A stretch of DNA of 62,680 bases, the filler included, from Chrysochromulina tobinii (lineage: Eukaryota), in assembly GCA_001275005.1 (NCBI GenBank). It is 5 parts of 5 records of this genome, joined end to end, with 100 filler letters (N's around TTAATTAATTAA, not from the genome) between each part and the next. Parts side by side here need not be neighbours in the genome. Positions count along the whole stretch, not along the records: positions 1 to 19,746 come from JWZX01001060.1; positions 19,847 to 36,019 come from JWZX01001061.1; 3 more parts are not named here. One strand, 5' to 3'. The notes beneath the pieces are model-generated. The model was not told the DNA's origin. It searched no databases and saw nothing but the letters and a program-made list of their open reading frames with translations. Of the stretch, positions 9,765-22,800 are shown piece by piece. Each line of letters opens with the position of its first letter. Position 1 is the first letter of the stretch. The position numbers and the translations under genes were made by a program.

Positions 9765-12700
9765 GTGGCCATGGCGGAGCAATCGCACTCGGCCGAGGCG
9801 GCCGCCACCGCCATGGCCACCGCCGCCATGGCCACCGCCGCCACGCGCGACGAGGCAGCTGCCGCCGCTCGGGATGACACAGTCATCAGCGCGCTCAGTC
9901 GACAGTTGTACGCGGCGGTGGAGGCGGAAGCGCGCGCGCGTGAGGCGGCCGCGATGGCCCACGAGCAGGCCGCGCGCATGAGCCTCGAGGTACGACAGGC
10001 GCAGCGCGAGCTGCACGAGCGCCGTCTTGAGCCGCTGGGCCAGTCGGCGCGCCGTCGCGAGCTCGTGAGCCAGCTGATGACGCGCTTCGAGGCGCTCGAG
10101 ATGGCGCTTTCGACGCGCCAGGCGGAGCATGAGGCTGAGCTTCAGCGGCTGAGGGAGGCGCATCAGGCGGCGCTCGCGGACGTGGTGACGTCGTCGTCGG
10201 TGGCTCTAGCGACTTCGAAGGAGCCGGCCGACGCAGCAGCAGTGAAGCATGCTACTGCTCTTGCGGCGGCGCTGCAGTCCGCAGAGGAAAAGCATGCTAC
10301 TGCACTTGCGGCGGCGCTGCAGTCCGCAGAGGAAAAGCATGCTACTGCTCTTGCGGCGGCGCTGCAGTCCGCAGAGGAGAAGCATGCGGCGGCGATGGCG
10401 CAGGCGTTGGCGCAGGCAGTCGCACAGGCGCTCGAACCGACCCCAGATGCCGACGACGCGGTCGTGGAGAGCGCTCAGGCGACCGCGGCGACGGCGTCGA
10501 TGGACGGCTCAGATGAGCCCACTACGGCGCGCCAAGTGCTCTGCGGCTCGCCTAGCGCGAGTTGGGGCGCCGTAGTGGGCGTCGAGGCTTTCTCACCGAT
10601 CGCGGCTGAGTGCACCGAGGCGACTGCGGCAGCGGTGCTCGTGAGGGAGGTGGAAGTCATCAGAGAGGTTGAGGTGATCAAAGAGGTGCCCGTCGAGGTC
10701 ATCAGGGAGGTGATCAAGGAGGTGGAAGTTGTCAAGGAGATCGAGGTCATCAGGGAGGTCATCAAGGAGGTGCCCATCGAGGTGCCGGACGAGGCAGCGA
10801 GGGCGGAGGCGCTGGAGGCCAGGGCCGAGGCGTATGAGTCAAGGGCGGAAGCAGCGGCTGCACGTGTAGAGGCTGAAACCGCCCGCACGGAGGCGGCTGA
10901 GGAGAAGGCGGCGGCGCTGGAGGCGGCAGCTCAGGAGAAGGCGGCGGCGCTGGAGACGATGGCTCTGGAGAAGACCGCGGTGCAGGAGGCCGCTGCTCTG
11001 GAGAAGGCGGCGGCGCTGGAGGCCGCGGCTCAGGAGAACGCAGCAGCGCTGGAGGCGGCGGCTGAGGAGAAGGCGGCGGCGCTTGAGACGATGTCTGCTG
11101 ATGCCGCGGCGCTAAAGGCGGCGCTCGCGGAAAAGGTGGCGGCGTTGGAAGCGTTGGCTCAGGAGAAGGCGATGATGATGGAGGCGGTGGCTAGGGATAA
11201 AGCGGCGGCGCTCGAGGCGGCGGCTCAAGAGAAGGCGGCGGCGCTGGAAGCGGCAGCTCAGGAGAAGGCGGCGGCGCTGGAGATGATGGCTCTGGAGAAG
11301 ACCGCGGTGCAGGAGGCCGCTGCCCACGAAAGGGCCGCGCTGGTGGAGGCGGCAGCTCAGGAGAAGGCGGCGGCGCTGGAGGCGGCAGCTCAGGAGAAGA
11401 CCGCGGTGCAGGAGGCCGCTGCTCTGGAGAAGGCGGCGGCGCTGGAGGAGGCGGCTCTGGAGAAGGCGGCGGCGCTGGAGGCGGCGGCTGAGGAGAAGGC
11501 GGCGGCGCTTGAGACGATGGCTGCTGATGCCGCGGCGCTAAAGGCGGCGCTCGCGGAAAAGGTGGCGGCGTTGGAAGCGTTGGCTCAGGAGAAGGCGATG
11601 ATGATGGAGGCGGTGGCTAGGGATAAAGCGGCGGCGCTGGAGGCGGCATTGGTGGAGAAAACGGCTGCATTGGAGGCGGCGTTGGCGGAGAAGGCACCGG
11701 TGCTTAGGGCGGTGGTGGCAGATAAGGCGTTTGCGCTCAGAGCGGCGGCTCACGACAAAGCAGCGGCGCTCGAGGCGGCGGCTCTGGACAAAGCGACGGC
11801 GCTGGAGGCGGCGGCTCAGGATAAGACCGCGGCGCTGGAGGCGGCGTCGGCGATCGCAGTAGCGGAGTACTCGGCGGCATTGCAGTCGGCTGTGTCGGCC
11901 GTGCGCGCCGAAATGGGCGCCGAGATGGTTAGGGTGGCGGAGGCTGCGGCGGAAGCGGCGGAGGAGGCGGCGGCGCGTCATCTTTCGGCGCAGCACGAAC
12001 AGCACGCGAAGCTAGCTTATCGGATGGTCGAGCTTGAGCTCACAATCTCGGAGGTGCGTGAGCTCGAGCTCGAGATCGTCGCGCTCGAGCTCTCACTCTC
12101 GGAGGTGCAGCCACTGCGGGAGCAGCTCGCGAAGGCGGCAGTGCTCTCGGACACGCTGCACACACAGCTCGCGTTCGAGCAAGCCGAGAGGGCGGCGCTG
12201 CGGCAGCAGCTCGAGGAGGCACGCGAGGCCCTTGCAAAGGTTGCTGAACGTGAGTCAGCGGCGGAGCACGTTGCGGCGGCGGCGTTGGCGTCCGCGCACA
12301 AGGAGCGCGTGGCGGCTGAGGAGCGAGCTGCCAGCTTCAAAGAGCGCCTCGACACTGCCGAATGGAGCGTTGAGGAGGCTGAGGCAGCAGTCGCTGAACT
12401 GCGGGAGCGGCTGAAGACGACGGCGCAGAGCATACCGCAGGGCGAGGCTGAGGCAGCGACGGGTGAGGCTGAGGCGGCGACGGCTCGGGCGGAGGTTGCC
12501 GAGCTCAGGGAGCAGCTGGCGACCGCCAAAGGGAGCCTCGAGGAGGCTCAGGCAGAGGCCACTGAATTGAGAAAGCATCTGACGAAGGCGAATGCGACAA
12601 CGCTCGGCTCGGCAAACGCTCAGACGGTGGCGGCGGAGGCTGGGTCGGCGGCAGCGAAGGCGGCGGCAGCGGAGGCGGCGGCGGCAGTGAAGGCGGCTGC

Positions 12701-13197
12701 GACGGAGCTGATGGAGGCTGGGGTGGCTGAGGCAGAACGGCTGTCGGCAGAGAAGGCGGGGACCGCTTCAGCAGATCCGTCAACGGCATCCATCCGGATG
12801 CTCTGCAACGCGTCAACTGCCCACATCTCGACCCTGTACGCCGTGCAGGGCGTCATCGGCGAGGGTCGCTTCTCGAAGGTCTATGCGGCCGAGAAGAACG
12901 GGCAGGTGCTCGCGCTCAAGGAGCTCGACATGAGCTCGCTCGAGAAGGACGAGGAGGCAGTCGAGATGCTCGCAGCAGAGGTTCTCGCGCTGAGACGTGC
13001 CTGCCACGCGCCGCACATCGTCCGGCTGCACGAGGTCATCGCTTCCTCCGACGCCATTTGGCTTGCCATGGAGCGCGTGCCCGGCTGCGAACTCTTTCAA
13101 ATCGTAGAGCAGCGCGGCGCGCTCGAAACCAGCTTCGTGAGCCATCTGATGAAGCAGCTGCTCACGGCGCTCACGGCGCTCGCCGAGGTCGGCGTGG

Positions 13198-13229
<32 letters not shown>

Positions 13230-16200
13230 GTGAGCGATGAGGAGACGGAGCGGCCGCACCTGACGCTCATCGACTTTGGGTACGCGGCGTTGCTGGGCGA
13301 CGGCGACGCACCCACAGAGCTGACGGGTGTCGCCGGCTCGCCTGAGTACGCGGCGCCCGAGGTGCTCTCGTGGATTGAGGCGGAGGCAGACGAGACTGGC
13401 GAGGTGGTGGGCGAGCCATACGACGCGGGCTGCGATGTGTGGAGCGCGGGCGTGACGGCGCACGTTCTACTGTGCGCCTCGCTGCCCTTCAAGCTCCCAG
13501 GCGAGGCTACCGAAGAGTCCCTCATTGAAGCCGCGCGCAACGTCGACCTCTCCTTTGGTCAACTGGAGTGGAAGGGCCAGGCCATGGAGCCGGCGCGCGA
13601 GTTTGTGCGCACGTGCATGACGGTGGCGCGCAAGGAGCGCCCCTCGGCGCGCCAGCTGCTTGAGCACCCGTGGTTTGGCGGGACCACACACAAGGCCGAC
13701 GAGAGGGCAAAGAAGGCGGAGGCTGAGCAGCTGGTGGCGGAGGCTGAAGAGCAGACGGACATCGAACCGGTCGAAGTCATCAGGGAGGTGGAAGTGATCA
13801 AGGAGGTGGAAGTGATCAAGGAGGTCGAAGTCATCAGGGAGGTGGAAGTCATCAGGGAGGTGGAAGTGATCAAGGAGGTGGAAGTGATCAGGGAGGTGGA
13901 AGTCATCAGGGAGGTGGAAGTGATCAAGGAGGTGGAAGTGATCAAGGAGGTGGAAGTGATCAAGGAGGTGGAAGTCATCAGGGAGGTGGAAGTCATCAGG
14001 GAGGTGGAAGTGATCAAGGAGGTGGAAGTGATCAAGGAGGTGGAAGTGATCAAGGAGGCTATCGAAAAGGTTGAGGTGATCAAAGAGGTGGAGGTCGTGA
14101 GGGAGATCGAAGTCATCAGAGAGGTTGAGGTAATCAAAGAGGTGCCCGTCGAGGTCATCAGGGAGGTGATCAAGGAGGTGGAAGTTGTCAAGGAGATCGA
14201 GGTCATCAGGGAGGTCATCAAGGAGGTGCCCATCGAGGTGCCGGACGAGGCAGCGAGGGCGGAGGCGCTGGAGGCCATGGCCGAGGCGGTAGCCGCGCGC
14301 GCTGAGGCCGAAGAGTCGAGGGCGGCGGTAGAGGCCGCATGGGCGGCTGTTGACGAAGCTCGGACCGCGGAAGCGCAAGCCCTAGCGAGAGCCGCGCAGG
14401 AGGCGGCAGGTCGAAGGAGTGCGCAGGCGGAAGCAGAGGTTGCGAGGGCGACGGAGTCGGCGATGGAAGCCGCCGCGCAGACGACCCATGCGCTCATCAT
14501 GGCGCGCATCACGGCTGAGCTCGAGGCTGCTCTGGTGGAGGCAAAGAAGGAGGCACGCAGCGCCACCCTCACACTTGCGGTGGCGGATCTCGCGAGGGAA
14601 GCGGCAGAGGCGGCGCTGGCCGAACGCGATCAAGTCATCGCCCGCAAAGATGCAGCTCTGGCTGAAAAGGACGTGGCGTTGACGGACAAGGAGGCGGCAC
14701 TGGCGCAGAGTGAGGCAGCCCTCCAGGAGAGGCGAGTCGCACTGGCGGCTGCGCAGGCGGCGCTGTCACAACTCGAGAAGGACAAGCTGACGGACGAGGA
14801 TGGATTCGACGAGCTCGAGGTGCTCAGGGCGGCGGCAGCGCGTAGCCTTCGCGAGTCTCAAGCGGCCCAGCGCGAGCAGCAGGACGCCGAGGAGAAAGCG
14901 CGTTCTGCTGAGGAGAAAGCGAGTACTGCCGATGCGGAGGCGGCCTCGCTGCGTTCACAGCTCGAGGCGGCCATGAGCGAGCGGCAGGCGCTCCAGGCCA
15001 AAGTCGAGAAGCTCGGGATTGCGGGCGCAAAATTGCAAGCCAAACTGAGCGCGTCCAGGGAGCAACTCTCAAGCGAGCGTGAAGCCGCCCAGGCCGCCCA
15101 GGCCGCCCAGGCCGCGTGGGCTGAGGCGGCTGTGATGAGTACTGCCGAGGCGCCGGCAGGAGGAGCGACTGAGTCGTCGGCCCAGCCTGCAGACGCGCCG
15201 CTCCGTCAGCAGCTGGCGGCTGTGGAAGAGGCGTTGAGCCGCGCTCTGGCTGACGGCGCGGCGCTGCGGGAGGCATTAGTGGCGGCCCAGCAGCAGGTTG
15301 ATGCCGGGCGTGCAAGCGCGGCAGATGAAGCGGCAGCGGACCTGGCAGCAGCCAGGGCGGAGGCGTCAGCACTCAAGGCGCAGTTGGACAACGCACTGCG
15401 GACGGCGGAGACTAGCGCGACGGAGGCCGATGCACAGCGTCTGGCCTCGATGCAAGAGGCGCGCCGCCGTCGCAATGAGATGCAAGCAGAGCTCCAACAG
15501 ACCCAATCGGAGCTCGTGGCGTTGCGTCAGACGACGGCGCAGGCGGCGGCAGAGGCGGCGGCGGAGATGGCCAAGCTACAGCTTCTGGAGGCAGTCGCGG
15601 CGGCGGAGGTGGAGCAGCTCCGCCGAGCACTGCGCGAAGAGCAAGCCCGGAATGCGGACAAGTCCTCTCGCGATGAGGCCAAGACGGAGGCAGCGCTGGC
15701 CACAGCACGGGCGGAGGCGACGCTGGCCGCGGCACGTGCGGAGACAGAGCTGGCTGCAGCACGGGCGGAGGTTGCAGAGGCGCAGCGCACGGTCAGGGCA
15801 CTTGAGGCGAGCATCCAAGCTGCCACGGCGCCCAACAAGGCGCCTGGTGTACAGCAGTGCACCGACACCACCGTGGAGGTCGCCGTTGCGCTCGAGAAGC
15901 TGCGGGATACGATGCTAGCCGAGGCGAAGCTAGCACAGGCGCAGGCGGCGAGAGAGATCAATGCGGTCAAGGCGGCGGCGGAGGTGTCGGCCAAGGCGCA
16001 GGCACGCGCGGCGGCGCAGGCGGCGTTCGCGGAAGCGACGGCGGCCGCGGAGGCGAAGGCCGCGCAGGTGGCGGAGAAGGCGGCCGAGGCGGCCTTCGCC
16101 GAGATGACCGCACAGCGCGTGTCGCTGCTGCTTGAGGGTCGACGCCGAAAGGCGGCGATGGATGCGGAGATGGCGCTGGCACTCGAAGATGCAAAGCTCC

Positions 16201-16694
16201 GAGCTCGAGCGTCCTACAAGCGGCGCGAGTACGAGCTACTTGGGGCGTTACGTGCGGCGGGCGTGGACGCCGATGAGTCGCAGTGGGAGGCGCTCGACAC
16301 CTCGGCTGGATCGTCTGTCGGCACCGTGCAGACGGCCATGCCGCAGGACGGTCCGCCCGACATGGCGGCCGAGGACCTGCTCGCGCTGCAGCTGCCTGTG
16401 GCGTCCGAGTACAGAACGCCGGGTGGCGTGGGGCGCTCAGCCGGCGGCATCGCTCCTGGCAGCCCCACTTCCGGCCTGCAGAGCCTCGCCTCGTCCCTCG
16501 ATGCCCTCGCAGTCTGGCGATCGCTGGGCACGCCACCGCCCCCGGGCGCTGGCGCCGCCGCCACCACCGCCGCAGCCACTCTGAGAGGGTCGCGCTCCCA
16601 CAGCGGCCTGTGGGCACGGAGGATGCGCGCGCGCTACAGCAGCGTCGGCAGCGCTGTGGCGCCCGACACGGCAGAGGATCAACTCGTCGAATAG
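9765..16694 (+). CDS. Giant Ala/Glu-rich coiled-coil protein with articulin-like EVIKEV repeats and a central CAMK-type Ser/Thr kinase domain
   Basis: Kinase about 12837-13676: GEGRFSKV, ALK, HRDVKPEN, DFG, GSPEYAAPE, CDVWSAG, LLEHPWF; EVIREVEVIKEVPVEV repeats on both sides; 11-residue AAALEAAAQEK repeats about 10900-11850. Confidence 0.8.
13771..14058 (+). repeat. Coding 18-bp tandem repeat (EVI[R/K]EV)n
   Basis: GAAGTSATCARGGAGGTG units repeated in tandem. Confidence 0.9.
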
Positions 16695-17566
16695 GGCTCA
16701 ATTGTCACAACATTTCAGGCGTAACTACAGGGCAGAATCGGAGAAGGCATGTAGAGGCACAGCCGTAGTTTGCCCGCGGCCGGAGTGCGACGTTTACGGT
16801 TTAGCCCGTTGCTTTACTCTAGTATAGGCTTTGGATTTAGGAGTGTATTCTAGGACCCAGCAATCGATTACTTTGAACAAAGAGTTGTCGCGCTACTCGA
16901 GTTTATCAATGACGAATTTCAAAAACGTTTATGATATAAATGACGAACTTCTCAGATTCCCGAGACCCGACGCCAGTTTGACCGAGCGACGTCCATGTTG
17001 CATCTTAACCAATCGAGAATCGTCCTCTGACCGCGCTACTCCGAACATTTCATCCTCTCATGCCATCCTCTCATGCCAAGCGGCTCGCCGCGCTGCTGCC
17101 AACCCGAGCAGGGCTGGAAAGCGATGGGAGAATAGCTTGTTCAGTTACAAATCTGGCAAGACCGTCGAGAGATCGCACCATTTTTCGAAGCGCCGCATTG
17201 AGCGCTTTCGAGAGAACCGCCTTTGAACGCAACGTGGAACCTGTTGATGTGGGAACTCACTCAGAGGAGGGGTTGAGGGAAAGGACGCTGCGAAAGTCCA
17301 TTTTCGGTGGGAACCTGGGAAGTCTGTCGAGGACTGTGGGGTTTTTCCGCAGATTCGATCCACGGAATCCACAAGGCAACGTGGTCCGCGGCCCAAGGCG
17401 CGCTTTCGCATCCTTGCGCATCCTCCCCGCTCCGAGTGTGCTCACATTGGCGCGACAGCGCCCGGCCCATCGGCCCCATGCTGCGAGAGGAACTTCGGTT
17501 GCGACGAGAAATTGACTGTTGTGTCGTTGAAACGAATGCCTGCGCAGCTCCAAATCGTCAATCAAA

Positions 17567-19018
17567 ATGTCGGCAAAGAAGCAGAAGGTTGGAGGCACCA
17601 CTACTGAGGAGCGCGAGTTCATGTTCTCTTCGGAGTCGGTGAACGAGGGCCATCCCGACAAGCTCTGCGACCAGGTTTCGGATGCCGTCCTCGATGCATG
17701 CCTCGCAGTTGACCCGAAGTCGCGCGTCGCGTGCGAGTCGGCCTCCAAGGACAACATGGTGATGGTTTTCGGCGAGATCACCACCGGGGCGCAGCTTGAC
17801 TACGACAAGATTGTGCGCGCGCAGATCAAGAAGATCGGCTTCGACTCCTTCGTCGACGATCTTTCGTCTGTCGATTCCAAGGGCTTGTCGCACGAGACAA
17901 TGGAGGTTCTTGTGCGCATCAACAAGCAGTCGCCAGACATTGCTGGCGGCGTGACGGGCGCTGGCGAGCAGGGCAAAGTTGTGGACGACCTCGACATTGG
18001 TGCGGGCGACCAGGGTATCATGTTCGGCTATGCGTCCGACGAGACCGAGTCGTGCATGCCCCTGACGCACCTGATGGCCACCCGCCTTGGCAAGACCCTT
18101 ACCGAGGTGCGCAAGGATGGCTCGTTGTGGTGGCTGCGCCCTGATGGCAAGACCCAGGTGACCATCAAGTACAAGCAGAACGGCGACGGCTCAGTGGAGC
18201 CGCTCATGATCCACACCGTCGTCATCTCCTCGCAGCACGCTGAGCCGGGCAAGGCCAAGCGCTCCAAGGAGCAAGACGGCAAGGACGAGCGCCCCATGTG
18301 GCCTGCGGACAAGGAGGAGCTCGCACCCACGCTTGAGGTGATGAACGAGATGATCCACGACAAGGTGATTGTCGCGACGCTCGAGTCGATCAAACTCAAG
18401 AACGGCCAGTCGGCGCTCTCGATCTATTCGCGCGACACGTGCAACCTGCACATCAACCCGTCGGGCAAGTTCATCATTGGCGGCCCGCAGGGTGATGCTG
18501 GCCTCACCGGCCGCAAGATCATCATCGACACCTACGGTGGCTGGGGCGCGCACGGTGGTGGCGCTTTCTCGGGCAAGGACCCGACCAAGGTCGACCGCTC
18601 CGCTGCCTACGCGTGCCGCTGGATGGCCAAGTCGGTCGTCAAGAGTGGCCTTTGCAAGCGCGCCCTCGTGCAGCTCTCGTATGCCATTGGCGTGGCCAAG
18701 CCCCTCTCGCTCTTTGTTGAGACGTACGGCTCTGAGCAGGGCGCTCTGAGCGCTCAGGCGATCACCGATATCGTGAAGATTGCCTTTGACTGCCGCCCCG
18801 GCGCGCTTGCCCGCGACCTCCAGCTCCGGCAGCCGAAGTACAACGTTACCGCCGCCTACTGCCACTTTGGCCGCGAGCCATTCGAGAAGGATGGCATGAC
18901 TTTCTTCTCTTGGGAGAATGCTAAGGACCTGAGCAAGTACAAGTCGATGACGGGCGCCGCGATCGCCAAAGAGCTCGCCGAGCAGAAGGAGGCGGTCCTC
19001 AAGAAGTGGGTCGATTAA
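17567..19018 (+). CDS. MATX: S-adenosylmethionine synthetase, divergent MATX paralogue
   Basis: [20 protein letters not shown] signatures plus MATX-type insertions ([17 protein letters not shown]...[15 protein letters not shown]). Confidence 0.93.
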   Translation: MSAKKQKVGGTTTEEREFMFSSESVNEGHPDKLCDQVSDAVLDACLAVDPKSRVACESASKDNMVMVFGEITTGAQLDYDKIVRAQIKKIGFDSFVDDLSSVDSKGLSHETMEVLVRINKQSPDIAGGVTGAGEQGKVVDDLDIGAGDQGIMFGYASDETESCMPLTHLMATRLGKTLTEVRKDGSLWWLRPDGKTQVTIKYKQNGDGSVEPLMIHTVVISSQHAEPGKAKRSKEQDGKDERPMWPADKEELAPTLEVMNEMIHDKVIVATLESIKLKNGQSALSIYSRDTCNLHINPSGKFIIGGPQGDAGLTGRKIIIDTYGGWGAHGGGAFSGKDPTKVDRSAAYACRWMAKSVVKSGLCKRALVQLSYAIGVAKPLSLFVETYGSEQGALSAQAITDIVKIAFDCRPGALARDLQLRQPKYNVTAAYCHFGREPFEKDGMTFFSWENAKDLSKYKSMTGAAIAKELAEQKEAVLKKWVD

Positions 19019-19746
19019 GCCACGCGCCATCTTCTCCTCTGCGGTTGGCTGTGGGACCTGTTTGCCACAAGGTCGTCGGCCGCCCCGTGGGCATCGGTCC
19101 GCAAGCACGCTGCAACGCTGCACGGGAGGGCGGCAACAAGGGCGCGCAGGGAGCGGGGCGGCACGCGCGTGCGCCGCATGGATTTTCGCTGGTTGCCCCG
19201 ACATGAATGCGGGATTAGTGAGAGGGAGGGAGCGAGGATGGCACCGCTTGGTGCCCACATGGACATATGTGCAGTGGATTCGAGCGCGCTGCCGCGGTTG
19301 CCCGGACGTGAGACCTAGGGGGGGCGATGCAAAGGCCTTAACCGGGACCCTTCGGACCGTTGGTATCTTTGTGACTGACTGACTGTAAGCTGTGCGGGGC
19401 CGCTCACACCGTCGACCGTGGTGGTGGGGACCGGATCCTGAGTTGGAGACGCGCCGGGCTCTCGATTCTTGGCTTTAGGCGTTTCTGCAGCTAACATGAA
19501 GCTTCAAGGCGGACTATCCTTACAGCGAGTACAACGCGGAAAACTATTTTCGTAAGTGCTATCTGCTAAGTGCGCGGCGGCGTGGACCGTGGACAACCCT
19601 CAACCGCGCGTGCGCGAACCGGCTCTCGCGGCCGCGGCCCCGGCGGGGCGCGCCGGGGCCGGGGGGGCGGGCGGCGGCGTGTGCGGCCCCGGCGGTGCGC
19701 GGGGACCGATTGAAACCGCCTCGCGCCTGCGCCTCGCCCCCTCCCC

Positions 19747-19846
19747 NNNNNNNNNNNNNNNNNNNNNNNNNNNNNNNNNNNNNNNNNNNNTTAATTAATT
19801 AANNNNNNNNNNNNNNNNNNNNNNNNNNNNNNNNNNNNNNNNNNNN
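19747..19846. other. Artificial contig spacer
   Basis: N run + TTAATTAATTAA (stops in all six frames) + N run, 100 nt. Confidence 0.98.
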
Positions 19847-22800
19847 GCAGGCCCTTGCGCAGCTTGCGCATCAACTCGGCGCGCTCAGCCGCCATCTCAG
19901 TCCACGCGCCCCAGCCAAGCGAAACGCCGCGATGCAGCAGGTGGCCCAGGCTCCTGCGCGTCGACTCGCGCTTCGCCTTCAGCGCCGCCCACGTCACGCA
20001 CCACGCCGACCAGCCTCGAGACAACTCGTGGTTCGTCAGGTGAAGCAGCGCCTTCATCAGATGGCCTCGCTGCACCTCACGCATCTGCCGATCGTGTAGC
20101 AAGCCCAGCCAGCCGTTCCATGCCTTGTGCAGACCGACATTGCGGAACCCCGATGCAGCTGAGAGCAGCGCCTGCTGGGCGCGCTGGCGAGCCTCTGAGA
20201 TCGCGACCCACGCGTTCATCGCTGCTCGCAAGCTCTGAAGCCACATGCTCTTGATCGCTCGGCGCGCCGTTTCCTCGACGCGCTCACGCTGCCTCCGCAC
20301 GAGCGCAGCGTGAGCGCGCCACGTATGCAGACCCCACATCTGCTCACTTTTGGTCAGTTTTGCAAGGGCGACGACCATCGATCGTCGCTGCACCATTATG
20401 CCCACCCAGATATTCAGGGCGATGTGAACCACGTGACCCTCAGGCTGCAGTGAGCTCATTGCATCGGCCAACACGCGCGACGCTTCGACGTGCTCCTCAG
20501 CATACGACATCCACGTGTTCAGGCTCGCGCGCAAGCTCGACTGAATCATCGACGCCACCGCGCGCCACATGGCAGCTTGACGCTCGCCGTCGATGCAAAT
20601 ATGCTCGTGCCACGTGCTGAACGCGACACACTCCTTGCGCAGACGCAGCGCAGCAGCGCCGCGGGACAAAGCCCACATCGTGTACCCATACTCGCTCCAG
20701 CTGTCGATCGCCTTACGCATGCTGCGCTTGGTAGGAGACAGACAGCTTAGTGTTTGTCGCAGTTGCTGCTTCATCGCAGAGACCACCGTTGAGGACAACC
20801 ACGACGCAAAGCCTGTGCGCTGAAGATGATGTGTCCAGCAGTAGAAGGCCGACGCCATCATCTGCCGATCGTGTAGCAAGCCCAGCCAGCCGTTCCACGC
20901 CTTGCGCATACCGAAACCGCGGAACGCCGATGCAGCTGAGTGCAGCGCCTGCTGAGCGCGCTGGCGAGCCTCTGAGATCGCAACCCACGTGTTCGTCGCC
21001 GATTGCAAGCTCTGAAGCCACATGCTCTTGATCGCTCGGCGCGCCGTCTCCTCGACGCGCTCACGCTGCTTCCGTACGTGCGCGATCGCGGCCAGCCAGC
21101 CGGCGAAGCCGAGCGCCACCTTCCGGTTGATCATGAAGCTCAGGCTCTTGCGAAGCTTGCGCATGACCTCGGCGCAATCCAAGGCTATCTCGGCCCACGC
21201 ACCCCAGGCTTGAGACAGCTTCATGTTGAGCATGAAGCCGAGGCTCTTACGCATCGACTCGCGCTTCGCCTTGAGCACAACCCACAACTCATACCAGCGG
21301 TCGAAGCCAAGGTCCAGTTTGTGGTTGATCATCTTGCGCACTCCCATGCGCAACTTGCGCAAAGATTCGACCCAAACGACCATCGTCGAAAGCCACGTGC
21401 GCCAAGCGCGTGACTCCTTGCAGTGCACTAAATGACCAAGGTCGCGGGCAAGCTGCAGAATAAGAGCCGAATTTGTCGCAAAAGCGCGCATTGAAGCCAT
21501 ACCGAGTGCGAGCTGACGGATGATCATCCTGCTCAGGCTCTTGCGCAGCTTGCGCATCACCTCGGCGCGCTCAACAGCCATCTCGACCCACGCGCCCCAG
21601 CCGCGCGACAGACCGCTGTTGAGCATGTGGCCGAGACCACGCTGCAGCGCAGCGCGCTTGCGGGCACTTTCCTCCCACGAAGAGGACCAAGCACTCCAGC
21701 CGAGAGCGAGCTTCCGGTTGATGAAGTAGCTCACAGCCTTCGACATCGGATCGTCACGAGGCGCGAAGGCTGCGATCCACCGATCGAAGCCGAGCGCAAG
21801 CTTGCGGTTGATCATCCGGCTCAGGCCCTTGCGCAGCTTGCGCATCAACTCGGCGCGCTCAGCCGCCATCTTAGTCCACGCCCCCCAGTTGCCGCGCGAC
21901 AAGCCACGTTTGAGCATATGGCTTACGCTCTTGCGCACCAGCTGAATTGCCACCAGCCGATCAGCAACCATCAGCAGCCATGTGCACCAGCCGCTCATGA
22001 GCTCTTTGTTGTTGAAAAGTTGTAGGCTTACCTCCATCGATTTTTCCAACGTGACATTTGTGCACCAGCGGTCGAAGGCGATGACTTGCTTATAGTTGAC
22101 CATCATGCTCACGCCCTTGCGCAGCTTACGGAGCGCCTCTTCCCGCTCGGCGATCGTCGACAGCCAAGCGCGCCAAGCGCGTAACTCCTTGCAATGCTCG
22201 AGATCGCCGAGGCCGCGGGCTAGATGCTTGACCTGTGCCACCGAGGCTCGCCACGCAGCCAGGCCATGGGCGAGGTAGCGGTTGACCATGTACATCAGGC
22301 CGTTGCGCACCAGACGGAAGCTATCGGCCCGCTCAGCAACGACGAAACGCCAAGACGTCCATCCTCGCCCGATCTGGCGGTTCAAAGCGTAGTTGATCAG
22401 TCGCGACATGATTTTGGCTGACGTGGCATGTGTGTACCAGCGCTTGAAGCTGAGGGCCAGCCTGTAGTTGACCATCATGCTCACGCCCTTGCGCAGCTTA
22501 CGGAGCGCCTCTTCCCGCTCGGCGATCGTCGACAGCCAAGCGCGCCAAGCGCGTAACTCCTTGCAATGCTCGAGATCGCCGAGGCCGCGGGCTAGATGCT
22601 TGACCTGTGCCACCGAGGCTCGCCACGCAGCCAGGCCATGGGCGAGGTAGCGGTTGACCATGTACATCAGGCCGTTGCGCACCAGTCGGAAGGCATCGGC
22701 CCGCTCAGCAACGACGAAACGCCAAGACGTCCATCCTCGTGACAGCTCCCGGTTGAGGAATAATCGCAGGGCTCGCTCTTTGCGATCGGCTGTGGCGGCG

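Noticed and set aside
13771..14058. Regular repeat arrays as CRISPR
   Set aside because: No unique spacers, repeats are coding, eukaryotic context, no cas genes
16700..17566. Possible SAM riboswitch or RNA gene upstream of MATX
   Set aside because: No SAM-I/II core, snRNA or tRNA motifs recognisable; only a short CATCCTCTCATGCCA repeat. An Infernal/Rfam scan would settle it
19370..19746. (GACT)n followed by a possible transposon end before the contig break; similar suspicion at 1-160 and the (TCAAG)n at about 4348
   Set aside because: No partner terminus, TSD or second copy visible in the window
19791..19802. TTAATTAATTAA palindrome recurring four times
   Set aside because: Always centred in a 100-nt N block; artificial six-frame-stop linker
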